Shown here: piece after piece, positions 1-14,133 of the stretch
How positions within the stretch are numbered: position 1 is the stretch's first letter
How the letters are laid out: every line of letters begins with the position of its first letter
Assembly (NCBI GenBank): GCA_002245135.1
Contig: NGBS01000888.1
Location: 62,001-126,000, forward strand
Source of the DNA: Proteromonas lacertae
Lineage: Eukaryota
Direction: 5' to 3'
DNA length: 64,000 bases
Program-made: the position numbers and the translations under genes
Notes under the pieces: model-generated
Told to the model about the DNA's origin: nothing
Databases searched by the model: none
The model's input: only the letters and a program-made list of their open reading frames with translations

Positions 1-1716
1 TAGAGCTTTTATTCCTTTGTAATGAATACTATTACTTCTAATATCTATTCTTTTAAGATTCGTAAACTTACATAATTCTTCTGATAATAATATCATTGAT
101 TCATCATTTAAATTCATTTCTTTAAGATACAACAGATCATCTTTGTTGATTAATAAATGCATATGTGGAAGCAATAATTTGAATCCTTTTAAACCAACTG
201 GGTTACCTAATTCAATATAAACATTAAACAGAAACAATAAATACAAGTAATGTTAACATATTTTAATTTCATAAAAAATGGATTTGTTTTAATCAATGAT
301 TTAATGAAATGAGAACTAACACTACATCTTGATAATTCTAATTCCTGTAGATTCGGTAATTGAGAAAATAAGGATAGAAATGATAATTGATATTGGATTG
401 GAATTGTAAAATTATCTATATTAATAAAACTATTAAAATTATACTGCATTTAAGTTTTGTAGGATTTATAAGCTTCAATATTCGGAGGAAAAAATTCCTT
501 TTTTCTTCACATAAACACATATTCCATGATTTAATTAGAATTTTTTCATTTTCTTTTTCACAAAATATTAAAATCATTTCATCTAAATAACACTTTTCAC
601 ATTTTTCACATTCATGATGAATATGATACTCCATCATGCCTATTCTTGCATCTTCATTGCACAATCTCATCATTACTATTACAGATAGTATTCTTTCATT
701 TGGCTCATTATTGTTGTAATTTTTTATCAATTCGTATAGATGTTCTATTAATATTATTATATTTTATTTATACTTTTCCATTTGTCACTTTTCACATAAT
801 ATTTTGTTTGACATATAATATATGGTGAAATTTCTATGAAATAATCATTATTATATAATATTACTTTTCTATCTTCACATATCATTAAATTATTATTCTC
901 ATCTCTCATCATTTCGCTCATTTTCATCATTTCTTCTCTCAGCTCTTTTAAACTCAATCTATCCTCACTTTTCCCTTTTAACATTCTTTCTATCACCTCT
1001 TTCATCCACTCATCACATTCTACATCAATACTGTATTTACATCTCGCAATATTCTCTTTTGTTTTACTAATATTATCATCTTCAGAAAATGGTAATTTCT
1101 TGTTTATTATTTCATATAATATACATCCAACTGACCAAATCACACTTTTCTCTTTGCATTCTAATCCATTCAATTCTTCTGGGCTTTTAAAACACATATC
1201 ATATAATCTCATTTCCTCTTCTTTTCTCAATAGATCTAGGAACAAATCACATAACTTTACATCATTATCTCTTTCATATATTATATTACTACTCTTCAAA
1301 TTACTTATTTTTATATCATATTCACTCAATATTATCAATATATCACATATACTACATATCATATAAACAATTTCAGCATTTGAAAGAACTTTACTTCGAA
1401 TAATCTCTTCCATATCTTGAAAGTAATATTTTCTTTCTAATAGCAGCATACTACCCCCGATTAAGTGTATTTTAGATGGTATGATCATAGATAAACAACA
1501 ATCTAACAGCAATGAGATATTTTCTATCTTTTTCAATACTTTTCTCTCATTCATTTCATCAATATTTATCACCTTCAGCATTTTCTTTTCATTCTCTTTT
1601 TCTACGAAGAAATTTAACTCATTTTTACTCTTTTCTCTTCGTTTAATTATCTATTATATAAACATTATACTAGATACTTTCAAATTTGGTATATTACATG
1701 TTACGAATTTGTCCAT
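1..1716 (-). CDS. Pseudokinase (NEK-like fold) fused to RNI-like leucine-rich repeats; 3' end runs off the window
   Basis: ORF 757-1581 has kinase subdomains (NLKSSNII, VKLCDLF, SPEE, IWSVGCILYE) but HRD->ISN and DFG->DLF. GT-AG introns join it to ORFs 416-730 and 207-449 (LPNLQELELSRC LRR). Probable start MDKF at 1716. Confidence 0.7.
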
Positions 1717-2145
1717 ATCATGTATTTGAGAAGAAAATATCATTCTTGAAAATTTAGTCGTTTCTATGGAATGTTCTATTCTTCTTTTTTTATTTTATTA
1801 CCCATTTTCTATATTAATTCAACATCCATCATGTTTCAACACTCTTATATTATACTGTTGATGTAATTTCACTTTAACTATGTGATAACTCATTTCTTCT
1901 AATAATTTGATATGCAGTTAGTGCATCACTTTAAATACTAGCGCATTATTGATATATCAATTTAATTGCTTAGAAAATAAGAAAAATAATTTTGTTTCAA
2001 AATATTGATTCGTTTCATATTTTCAATTATTATTTTTTAAATATATTTTAATTATCTAATTATATTACTTTCATTATTTATATATATATATTTATAATTA
2101 ATATACAATAAACATCAAAATACATACAAATTTTATATAATGTCA

Positions 2146-4385
2146 TTATTGAGTTAAATAATCACTCACTTCACTATCAGATACTACTATCTTCTTCTTT
2201 CGACTATATCTTGACTTAGAACTCTTCTTCTTTATTGATTTTTTTTCTTTCTCTTCTACAACACTCTTTAATTCAGGATTTATTATTTCTCCATCAACTT
2301 GTTTAAATTTTTGACTTTCTTTATCAAAATATAATACACTACTACCTAATTCACCATTAAATCTATTCTTCTTTATATCCAATATCTTTTTACCTTCCAC
2401 ATATTGAAGTATTATTATATTATCAGCTTCTTGAGTTGCTTTTGCTGAACCAAATACAGAACTGATATTTAATATTGATCCATCAGCTTCTTTTCGAGGA
2501 TGAATTACTAAGGTTATATGAATATTGTGATTTGAACTAAATTTTCGAAATGAATCCAAAGCTTTATCCATCATATCAAATTTTTCATATCCATAGATAT
2601 AATTGCTCATCATAAATTGTAAATTATCGATTATCTATTTGTATATTAAACAATGCATATATATATATATATATATACTATATGTTGCACATCATATGTA
2701 TAAACAGCATAATCCATCGCATCTAATACTTGATTCAGATCAGTTGATCCATAGAATTTCAAAAATCGAATTGGTAATAATGAAAATTTTTGGCATAATT
2801 CTAAATAATTATTCTTATCAACTGTTAATGGTTTTTCATTATATTGTTGTAACATCTTATTTATTAATCTTCGATTAGTTATTTCAAATGAACCCCATAA
2901 TGTTTGAACTCCTTTCTTAGCATAATCAATTGATATTTGACTTAATAAAGTTGTTTTACCACATCCTGTTGGACCTGTTAAGATAGTCAATTCACCTCGT
3001 CTTAATCCTTTTATTGTCTTATTGATTATTGGTAATGTTTCACATTCTATTCCATTTAATTTATCTTTGTTTAATAAATCATAATAAATATCATCTTGAA
3101 TATCATCAAATGATAAGATGGATTGATGCTGAATAGGTTTTGCCATTTTCAATATATCATTCATATTGTATTTATTTAATAAAGCATCGTGTGGTGATAT
3201 TGGAACAGTTGGAAATTGATCATTTGGAAGAGGTTTGATATTTTTACATCTTTTATAACCTAACTTCTTAATAAAACTTTCAATTGATTCTTGAATTATT
3301 ACATCATTATCCATCCAAAATGTTATATTGTTGAAGTTCTCTAAATGAGGAAGTAACTAGATAAATATATTATATATAATTTAATATATTTATATACACT
3401 GACAGGGAATTGCATATTATTATAAGATAGTGAAACAACAGGCAACTTTGTTGATTGGTATATTGATAATGCATTCAATTCAGTATTTGTAATAATCAAT
3501 GAATTAGATGATTTTATTACTATATATATATATATATATACAAATATAATAAATAATAAATATATACGTTTTGTCCAACCAAATAATCCTTCAGATCCAC
3601 TATTAATTACATATTTCTGATGAGTTTTATCTTCAATACTAACTAATCTCATTTTCTTTATATTATAATTATTATAATCAATATATGGGTATAAAACACA
3701 TTTTTCTGTCACTTTTTCATTATTTTTGTAGAATGTACCATTACAAGCACCAACGGAATATTTGTTCAATGTATCTGGAGATATTTTACATTCATCTACT
3801 AAATATTCTAAAACACTTTTAAATTCATCTTTTTTCAATAATTGATTATTGAATAACTCTATATCTTCGTTGGTTATTTTTATAAATTTATTGTAATTTG
3901 TCATACTTGATTCACTATCTATTCACATAAATATTACCAATTTATGAATTAATACTCTTAATATCTCCAAATGCTTGTTTTAAATCATACCATGATCCAT
4001 TTGTACCACAACTACTACAACTAAATGACCCAGTAGTTTTGTTAATAGATCTAAATGGAGTTATTCAACCAATTATACAATTTAAAACTAGATGATCTTC
4101 CTTTTCTTACACAAAATGGACCTATGCTATATATAAATATATATACAATCTCTAATGATAAAACTGTTTGGAGTAGAAGAAAGTGACATATTCTTTCTAT
4201 CTAGATAGTTTTTTATATCTATATCGGAAATCTATAGCAATATATAATGCATATATATACTTGAAAATGTTTAGAAACAAAAGTAGAGAAACAATTAATG
4301 GATCTCATGTGCTTAAATCTATTAGCATATCTTAAGCTTTTCTATAGATAATAATTTATGATTATACATTCAATATTCTTAACAT
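2146..4385 (-). CDS. TWNK: Twinkle-like mitochondrial primase-helicase (SF4/T7 gp4 type)
   Basis: Spliced model: basic N-terminal presequence-like MLRILNKSLRYANRFKHMRS, CPFC..CSSC zinc domain, GLFGW, WMDND, Walker A GPTGCGKTT, IIDNLQFM, HPRK, FGSAKATQEADN, KNRFNG. Confidence 0.93.
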
Positions 4386-4731
4386 TATCAATTCAGTAAA
4401 TTTCTGGGGGATAAAATATTTCGAAAATATTTCGATTAACCAAGAAATTTAAAACATTAAATGTAAGGAATTTGTCTATTCAAATAAAAAGAAAGTTTAT
4501 GAAAGTTCATTCAAAATACTGTATTATAAATAATCTCTCTTTATTAATGACTCTTCACATAAAAGAGTGAAATTATTACTAAATTGTGAAAAAAAAAGAG
4601 CAGATAAAGATAAATGAATTATTAATTAAAATATTATAGTTATCATCATAACTTTAACTACTACTTCTTAGAAAATAATCTCTTTTTCTATTCAATATAT
4701 TCTTAATATATACTCAACCATATTCATCATT

Positions 4732-5919
4732 TCAAATTTTCTCTTCATATTTAATGGTGGGCTTACATCTTGACTTTGATTTACTACTAGTAATGACAGT
4801 ATATATATCTATATCTATATATATTTATACCTGATCTTAATGGTATTTTATATGCTTTTTCACATCCTTCATATATATTATAATAGAATAAACCATCACT
4901 TGATTTATTCTCATAATTATATAATGTCTTTTGTTTGTTGAAAGGTTGAACATAGAAATATTTTGATTTATCATTTGGGTCAGGGAAATGGAATGTTGGA
5001 TATACATAAGGCTAATAATACATAATAATAATAATAAATACTGGACAAACAGGATGTAATTCATTTACTCTCTTTATTATAACTTCTTTTTCTGATGTTT
5101 TCTTTTCACATTTTTCTTCATTTACTTTGATTTCTTTCTTAATATCGTTTTCTTCTTCTTCTTCTTCTTCTTCTTCTTTTATACTACCATCTGAATCACT
5201 TACTGATGATATTATCTTTTGTTTTTTTATTGTCTTTTCATTCTTTCTTACAGCAACTGTAACAATATCAATCCTTTTTTCATCTGGAGAGTTAAATTGA
5301 ACATCATATTGTATCAATGGTAGATTAGAATCATATATAACTGGCTTATGAATTATTAACTTTGATAATATTGGAGTGCTAACAAATATATATGACATAT
5401 CTATTGATTTATTTAACATGTATTCTTTTATTTCATCAAATGTTATATATAAAAATGGTCTGTGTTTTGAATATAACTGAGATACATGACTTGTAATTTC
5501 CTATTTAAAATAAAAGAATGAATAATTATTTATTACCATACTCTATGTATTGTTTCTATAATACCCATTTCGTGATATAAATCTGCAGATATGGGTATCT
5601 TTACTTTTTTCTACATATATGTATGTATCTTATGTTGTATACAATGTTATGCAACTCAGGACTTATGTTATATGTTCCATCTTCAGAACTTTCTATCATA
5701 CCAAACTCTAAATGTTATTAAAAAATAATAGTCACATACTTTCAGCTACTTTTAAAATAACTTTCCAATCTGGAGCATTAGAAAAGCCTATTTATATAAA
5801 AAGAACCAAATGACACTATCAAAATAAGAGACTTGTATTTTCTGATTTTTAGCAAATACAGCATCAAGTTGATATATAGAAGAATCAACTTGGAAGTAGT
5901 TTTGCTTTGTTGAAGTCAT
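4732..5919 (-). CDS. Hypothetical multi-exon protein with acidic tract
   Basis: Continuous reading frame through about 5 GT-AG introns from ATG 5919, including ORF 5012-5419. No family recognised. Confidence 0.55.
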
Positions 5920-5964
5920 AATACAGAATACAAATGTATTTGTTGTATTTCTAAAATATTCTAA

Positions 5965-8063
5965 ATGAATTTGAATGAGAATAAAATTGAACTAATAACT
6001 CAATTGAATGAAGATTATGACATAGATGAAGTAAATCCTTTACCTAATGAAACTCAAAATATAATTTCACAACAATTTGGTCAAATAAAGTTTTTGCATG
6101 CTTTAGCTAGGTATGGAAGCAATTGGAGTGACATTATTAAACTAATGCCGAATATAACTATAGAAACAGTATAATTGATTGATTTTAATATGAATAGGCA
6201 AAAGAACTAGCAAAAGCATCTATATTAAATATGAACATGGAAAGTAAAATTTCTTTTTTGATAATAAAAAGACAGTATATGTATTTGCAATTTTTAGAAG
6301 AAGGAGATTCTAAAACAAAAAGTGATATAGAAGATATTGACAATGAAATATTGTTAATATTATGTGATTTAAAAAGAGCATCCTCTGCAAAGAGTAAAGA
6401 AATATTAGAAGAAGTAGTTAATAATACATTTTTTTATTATTCAAAAAGCAGTTTGATTTTGTTTTATTTATATGATCAACAGTTAGGTTCTGTTCCAAAA
6501 GATTTCCTTTTAGAACATCAACATAATATGGATATATTCTTATTACCAACATCTTATCAATACGATTTTCCTGATGATATTCCCTGTATGAGTGAAAATC
6601 ATTATAATTATCACTTTTTACAACAACATAAACAATCAATTCACAAAGAATTAAAGAAAGTGAGAAGATATATTGATTATCCATTATATGGTAAATCAGT
6701 TGTTGTTGAACCAGTTGTTGTAAATAATAATAATGAATATAATGAAAGTACAATAGCATCTTCAACCTTCATTTCAACACCATCATCACCTCAATCATTT
6801 ACTCCACCTAAAACAACAACAACAAAATCAAAAACAAAAGATGAAGCAATATCTCGATTAGTTTCAATTGACAATAGTATAGCTTCTATCAATAATAATG
6901 ATGATAATAATAATGAGGTGAAGAAAAAGCCATTCTATATAAGACCACTGAAAGACTCTATATCTAATAATCATAGTGATATTATAGAGAATAATTATAT
7001 TCCCACAAATGTTGAAAATAATAATAATAATAATAATAATAATTTCAACAGTAGTAGTAGTATCGATGAAGATGATTTAGCAACATCATCTTCTGATAGT
7101 TCAATTATGAGTAGTTTTGATGCTAATGATAATAAAATTCATGATAATGTATGTAAAGATGATGCTGATGTTGATGATATAAATGACGATGATTTAGTTA
7201 AATATGCAGATGATTTACAATATGCATCAGATTCAGATTTAGACGAGGAAGAGAAAATACAGCTTCAGCTTGATCTACAACAGTTAAAACAAAATCAGCA
7301 ACTACAGGAGCAAGAATCTAATTATGAGAATGATCAAAGTATAAATCAAATAAATAATAATAATAATGAACCTCAAAAACCAGTAAAACAGCGTTTATTA
7401 ATGCCAAAATATGATTATCCACAACAACAACAACAACAACAACAACAATATCCTCCACCACCACCATCTCAACAAAAACAACTTAAAGTATCTTCAAATC
7501 AAACACCAATTCCAATACTACCATTACCATTTGTAAATCAATCACCACCATCAAAACAAACAACAGCAACAACAGCAACAACAAAACAGAAAACAATACC
7601 ACCACCACCACCACCATCACCACCACCACCACCACAACAACAACAACAATCATATCCTCAACATACAATGAGAAATACACATCCATATCAAAATGGAAAT
7701 GATTATTATCATAATAATAACTACTATTATAGAGATAGATATGAAGTAGATGGTAGTAATGAAGATAGTGAAGGATTTGATCATGAACATATTAGTAAAG
7801 ATGATTTAAATGATGAAGATTATGGGAAAATAAATAATAATGTAAAGAAAAGAAAAAGAAGAACAAAACAACAGATAGAATATGAAAAAAAACCTAAAGA
7901 ACAAACAAGAGAGAATAAAGAAAATAATAATAGTTATGGTACATTAAGACAGTTTATGATTGATGCTAATATTCCCATGTATACTCCAAGAAATCAACCA
8001 AATGTTAGGTATATACCAATTCTTTTTTCAACTCCAATATTTTGTATAAATGTTAGTAAATAG
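5965..8063 (+). CDS. SANT/Myb-like domain protein with N/Q/P-rich low-complexity region
   Basis: QIKFLHALARYGSNWSDIIKLMPN resembles a SANT repeat. One GT-AG intron near 6169 joins it to the 610-aa ORF. Basic NLS-like KKRKRRTK. Confidence 0.65.
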
Positions 8064-8158
8064 TTTATATTAAAAAGTGTTTTGACATTATGTTTAGTGT
8101 TTTTTGTGTATTTAAAACGAAAGAATTAATGAAACGATCATATTTTTACTATTTAAAA

Positions 8159-9973
8159 ATGAAGCAAAAGATTCTGTTTACCAAAATTATTTTACCTTCG
8201 TTGTTAATAGTATTATTAGGCTTTATATATGGAGGAGGTTTAAATTACACTATCACAGTAACAGGATCTAAAAATTCAAAATATAATGGAGTATATGTTA
8301 TGGCTAATAAAAATGGTTATGGATACGTTAAATTAGATAATAGTCAAATGTTCAGAAAGATTGAGGAAAGAAATTCCTTATATAGACTTCAAAACAACCT
8401 GTACCTATCTACAAATCATCAATATACCAATTTTGCTGCTTCATCACCAACCATAGTTGGAAGTCCTAATGAAAAAGAGTATAAATGGACATTATCAGAA
8501 GAGATGGCATGTGAAGGTAATAGTCCGTCCATTCCAAAAGAAATGAAATGTGCAGATGGATCAATACTTAAAATAGCAAAATATGGTATTAGATTCCAAG
8601 ATAAGCAATTCTTCACATCCTATCCAATAGTGACATACATAGTATATTGTCCAGTAACATGCATCATATTTTTAATATGTGTATTATGGCATTTAAAGAA
8701 ATTCGATGAAGATTTAGATGATGGTCCTTATACAATGAGTTATGAAGATTGTGTAGTAAAAGGTGAGTATATGAGATTATTCTATGCAGCATTTTCTCAT
8801 GGAGGGTTCTTACACATTGCATTTAATATGATGTCATTCTGTTCATTGTATATAATCGAAGAAATGTATGGAAGTTATTATTATTTAAGTTTATCATTGA
8901 ATTTGATAGTTTTAACAGGTGTTACTGCGCTATTTATGTCATATATTTTAATATATTATTTTGATTTTACTTCTTATTATTATCAAAGATCTTTAGGTTT
9001 TTCTGGTGTATTATTTGCTTTAATGTCATTTTTGATATTGAAATCTGACAATTATTGTCCTATACCAATGTTGCCATTCTGTTTTAATACTTATCATATT
9101 AATTTATATTTCTTCAAGTATTTATATATATATATATTTTTTTTTTTCATTATTATTATTAGATTACCAGTATCAGGAGCACCATTTCTAACTTTAATAT
9201 TATTACAAATATTAATACCAAATGTTTCATTTATTGGGCATTTATCTGGAATTGTATTGGGATATCTAACAGGTTGGGGATGGTTTGACTTTATTACTGT
9301 TCCATTAGCATTTTCATTTTTAGCGTGTCTATCTCTATATCATTTACCAACTGATAGTTCAATATATAAGATACAAGGATTGTCAGATGCAGATGAGAAT
9401 GTGATTGAAATGAAATTTCCTCAGAAATATATTAGTGCATCTCTTTTGTTTATTGGGACTTTACCAATTTTGTATTTTAATGATTATGCAACAATGATAG
9501 CTACTATGTTTTTATGTAGTTTGTTCTTCTATACAATTGTGAAGTATTTTAGATGTATTTAATATTATATATATATATATATATATCATAGATCATAAAC
9601 TAGTGGAATGTAATTTCTATATGAGAGCATTCATTATTGTTGGATTTACACTATATATTACTATGTGCTATGATTTAGGATATAATCTTGCATTATGGCC
9701 ATATTATACGTATATTTATATTCATTTTTATTGTAGATTTAATGAATTATTTTCTAAATATTCAATTATTGGGTATTTATCTCAAGTGATTTATTTGGTG
9801 TTACTGTTAATTGTGTTGGTTTGGTCATTAGATCTAGTTATGGGAACTTCCTACGGTAAATCGACATTTAATTCTCAATTCACCGAAAGTATTTTTATTC
9901 TAATTCATCTATAATAGTGTTTACTTATCATCCAAGACAAGTCATTCGAAATGGAGTAATTAGTCACGTATAA
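8159..9973 (+). CDS. Rhomboid-family intramembrane serine protease (RHBDD1/RBL-like)
   Basis: RLFYAAFSHGGFLHIAFNM, catalytic GFSG and SFIGHLSG motifs, multiple TM helices. Terminal exons joined by GT-AG introns, stop at 9971-9973. Confidence 0.88.
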
Positions 9974-10167
9974 TCTTTTAATTACCCATACTTATTTGTA
10001 TTTCTTTCTTGTTTTTTGTAATAATGAAGTGGTGGACGAAATAGAAAAGATTAAAGCATTTAATTAATAAAATTGAACTAACCAATTAAATAGTCAGTCA
10101 AATGATAAAAATATCCAAGCCAAGCCTTCTTTTGTATTTCGATTTTCTTAATCATTAGTGAGTAACA

Positions 10168-13100
10168 ATGTCTGCAAACGATTCGGAAAATGAAGAACAC
10201 CAAGAAGAAACTGGCCTTCCTATTTGCTCCCTCAAACTCGTGTCAGCTATCTCTGGAATAGATGAAGCTATTGTTAATATCTCAATGAACATACAAGGTA
10301 ACAAAGAAGGAAACATTTATAGGTTATATGGTCAACAATGTATAGTTCTGATAATCTCCTAGGTTATAATCTGAATGACGCTTTAAAAAAAGAGGAAGAT
10401 TATCAGCTCCTTCAAGTTATCGGTAAGAACTTATGTGGAGATAATGAAGAAGTAAATATTGATATATCCTTTGAATTTCTCTAATTACAGATATTTTCCT
10501 TAATTTAATATTTACTTACAAGCATTCAACTGTTTATCAGGTAGACAGTACAGATTGCGAGTTGCTTATGTAAATGGTGAAAAGGAAGAATATATTAGTG
10601 ATGAAACTATCATTAAAACACCAGCTGCACCACCACAAAAACCAACCAATGTCATTGCTACTGCTACTACCAACACTTCATTTGTCGTATATCAATTAAT
10701 AATCTAATTTCTAGTTAAAATGGGGTATGGAGAATGATAATGGTTCAATAATCACCCATTACAAATTAGAAGCTAAAGAGTCAGATGCTTCAATGTATAT
10801 GACAATCTATACAGGAAAAGAAGATTCATTTGAGTATAAGAATCTCAAACCATCCACTACCTACTGTTTCAGAGTAAAAGCAATGAGTAGTTTAGGCTGT
10901 TCAGAATATTCTAATGTCAGTGAAATCAAGACTTATACAAGTATTACCAATCCACCAAGAAATCTCACCATCAGTGACCTTAACAGTGGTGGATGTTATT
11001 TAGAATGGAAAGAACCTGAAGGATATGATGAGAAGGACTGTCCCGCTAACTATATGGTGGAAATAAGTGAAAATGACGATTGGTATTCAATCTACTATAA
11101 TGGGCCAAAGACACGGTATATTTAATATATATAATATGAATAGTTGTGAATTTCGAAACTTATTATCTAATACTGAGTACTTTGCAAGAGTTAGTTTTGT
11201 TAATTTAGATGAATCTTTAACCACTTCAGACAAAATCACATTTATATCATTTTTATAAAGAATATATATATATATATATATATAACGGTTTATTTAATTT
11301 AAATATTTCACAGAACTGAAGAGATGTTTCCATCGATTTGTAATCCTCCAATAATATCTGATGAAGAAGGTGCAATGAATGACAATAACCAACTAGAATT
11401 AACTTGGTCAATCGTAGATGAATCAATAATTGGAGTATATTATCAATTAGAAATGTGTTTGGATGATGGAAATAACAACTTCACTGCCATTTATAATGGT
11501 CAAAACACATATTTTGATGTGATTGGATTAAATGCAGGTGAGACATATTTGTTCCGTGTTTGTGCTTATAATAATATTGGTAGAGGTCCTTACAGTTCAG
11601 TATCACGATATACAATCGAAGCAGTTCGACGTAGTACAATCAGTGGTGTAAAAATCACAAGTATTACTCCAACAACAGTATCATTTGAATGGGATGAAGT
11701 AGAATTTATTGATGCTCCAGTTTCAACTTATCAATTGTTTTATAAATTATTAGATGATTTAAGAGGTGAATATAATAATAATAATAATAATAATGAGATG
11801 AGTTATTATGAATATAATCGTCAAATGATAGAACCTGGTGAACTTGTTGAAGTATATATATATATATATTATTATTATTATTATATAAATAGTATTTTGT
11901 AAAGAAAGGAATGTATCGTAAAGGTATATTCAACTATGTAACAGATGATAAATATTATTATTTAACTGATTTATATACTAAACGATCAATGTATAAATAT
12001 CGATATCAAATCAAGAGAATCATGAAATATAAAAGTGGTTATATCAACAAATTTGAAAATAGAATATCTCCAGTCTTTCGTAAAGCATTCGATACATTAT
12101 TAACACGTTGTACAGTAAAGAAATTACTAAGTGGTCATCATTATGCCTTTTACATATTTGCTAAAACAACGAATGGTCAAAAGAAATCAAGTGAAACAAT
12201 GTATATTTCTACTCCAATGAATGATGTATTTAAACCAAATCCACCTGAATTGAAATATAAGACAAGTACAAGTTTAACCTTAAAATGGAGTGATGATGGA
12301 AGTATAGAAAATGAAAATCGAAAAATTGTGGTTTGGATATTGACTATTGATAATTATAGTGATAAAAATCCAGTAGTTTATTCAGTATATATATATAATA
12401 TTGTTTTAAATAGGGAACTGATACTGAATATACAGTAAATGATTTAAGTCCAGGAAGAGCTTATCGTTTTATTTTATTCTGTAAAACTAGTAGTGGTTAT
12501 AGTGAAGGAAGTGATACAATTGGTTATTGTACATTATCCTCAGTTCCGTCCAAGACCAAATCCTCCAATGATAAAAACTGAATATGAATATGATGAAGAA
12601 AATGAAGATAATTATAATAATAATAATAATAATAATAATGAAAACTCCATAAAGTTGGAATGGTCATTTCCAATGATAGATAATGGTCATCGAATTGATA
12701 AAAATATCTTAATGATGAGTGAAGATAATAAAAATTGGAAAGAAATCTTCAGTGGTCGTGAAACAGAATATGAAATGAAATCTTTAGAAAGTGGTAAAGA
12801 ATATTATTTCCAATTATTTAGTCATAATTTAAAAGGTAAAAGTGAAGGAAGTAAAATTGTGAAATATAAAACAAATGCAAATACTCCATTAAGTCCATTA
12901 GCTCCAATCTTAAGTAGTCCTCCCAGTGCAAATTCAATAAGTTTACAATGGAATAAACCAAAAGATAATGGAAGTGAAATTCAATATTATATAATCGAAA
13001 ATGATAAAAATGAGAATTGTTCAATAATATCAAATACGAAATATACAATCGAAGATTTAAAAAGTGAAACAAATTATCGATTTCGTGTATATGCTGTAAA

Positions 13101-13732
13101 CAGTGCAGGTAAATCATCACCAAGCGAATGGTCTAAAGTTATAAGAACCTTACCAAAAGTTCCATCAAAATTACCTCCAATTACATTTGACAAAAGTAAA
13201 TTACCATCGATTAATAGTAAAATGGAGTGATGGCAATAATAACTGTAGTATCGATTATTATGTATTAGAAATGAGTGTTGGTTTAAAAGATACATTCATG
13301 GAGATTTATAGCGGTCCAAATCAAAAGATTTTATTATCTGATTTAAAACCGTCAAGTACTTATTATTTCAGAGTAAAAGGAGTGAATAGTAATGGAAGTG
13401 GTGAATTTTCAATTCCAACTTATATAAAAACAGGAAGTGATGATAATAATTCAAATAATAAGAATAAGAAAGAAGAAAGAAGAAGAAAAGATATAAATGA
13501 AAATGAAAATAACAAAAATGAGAATGAAAGAAAGAATAATAAAGGTAACAACAACAAGAGTAACAATAATAACAACAAAAATAAAATTAAAGCTGTGAAG
13601 AAGAATGTGAAAGTAAATCGAAAGAAAGAGAGTGGTATAATCGAAATAGGTTTTGATTGGAAATTCATTTTGTTAAGTTTGATAATATTATTATTGGCTT
13701 ATTTATTTCGACGATATCAGAGTTTGATATGA
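10168..13732 (+). CDS. Multi-fibronectin type III protein with C-terminal TM anchor (FNDC3-like), paralogue A
   Basis: Repeated LKPSTTYxFRVxAxN / W..P.DNG motifs and hydrophobic tail FILLSLIILLLAYLF. Contains two AT-AC introns. Apparent frameshifts near 12548 and 13205. Confidence 0.85.
10464..10515 (+). other. U12-type AT-AC intron (52 nt)
   Basis: 5' ATATCCTTTG, branch TTCCTTAAT (10496-10504), 3' TTTAC. Removal gives in-frame EVNID|LQAFNCLSGRQYRLRV. Confidence 0.9.
11244..11311 (+). other. AT-AC intron (68 nt, contains TA repeat)
   Basis: 5' ATATCATTTT, 3' TTTCAC, no usable GT before the in-frame stop. Removal gives SDKITF|RTEEMFPSIC, colinear with the paralogue's SDILNFSTFQSVPAKC. Confidence 0.82.
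12395..12547. repeat. 153-bp inverted repeat, partner 15245-15397
   Basis: Identical by eye between the two FN3 paralogues, including part of an intron. Confidence 0.9.
12646..13133. repeat. 488-bp inverted repeat, partner 14693-15180
   Basis: Identical translations on both strands (101-aa ORFs 12818-13123 and 14703-15008). Coordinate sum is constant at 27826. Confidence 0.93.
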
Positions 13733-14133
13733 AATATATATTATTATTATATAAATTGAAATGACTAAATATATATTATTTTGTTTCTTTATTTGTTTTC
13801 TCAAAATAGTTCAAAATATTAACAAAGATGATATATCAATTGAAGGAAAATGATAAAACCAATATGTCAATACAACCACAAAAAAAAAGGTGGTTCTGGA
13901 AATTAATTTTGTATATACTGTGGATAGAATGGATCTGCATTTCCAGCATAAGCTATTATATCCTCAGGTATTTTGTTCATAGCAGTCAATAATTAACAAA
14001 ATAACTCATTGAATTTATAGTCGTTAGTTACATTTTTAAAAAATGAAGAAAACCATATATATATCTTTTATTATTCTATATATACAACTAAAACGACAGA
14101 TAAACATATTTATCTATTAATATTAAACAAATA

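Noticed and set aside
7000..7660. CRISPR-like or satellite array
   Set aside because: These are AAT/CAA/CCA triplet runs encoding poly-N/Q/P inside a coding exon.
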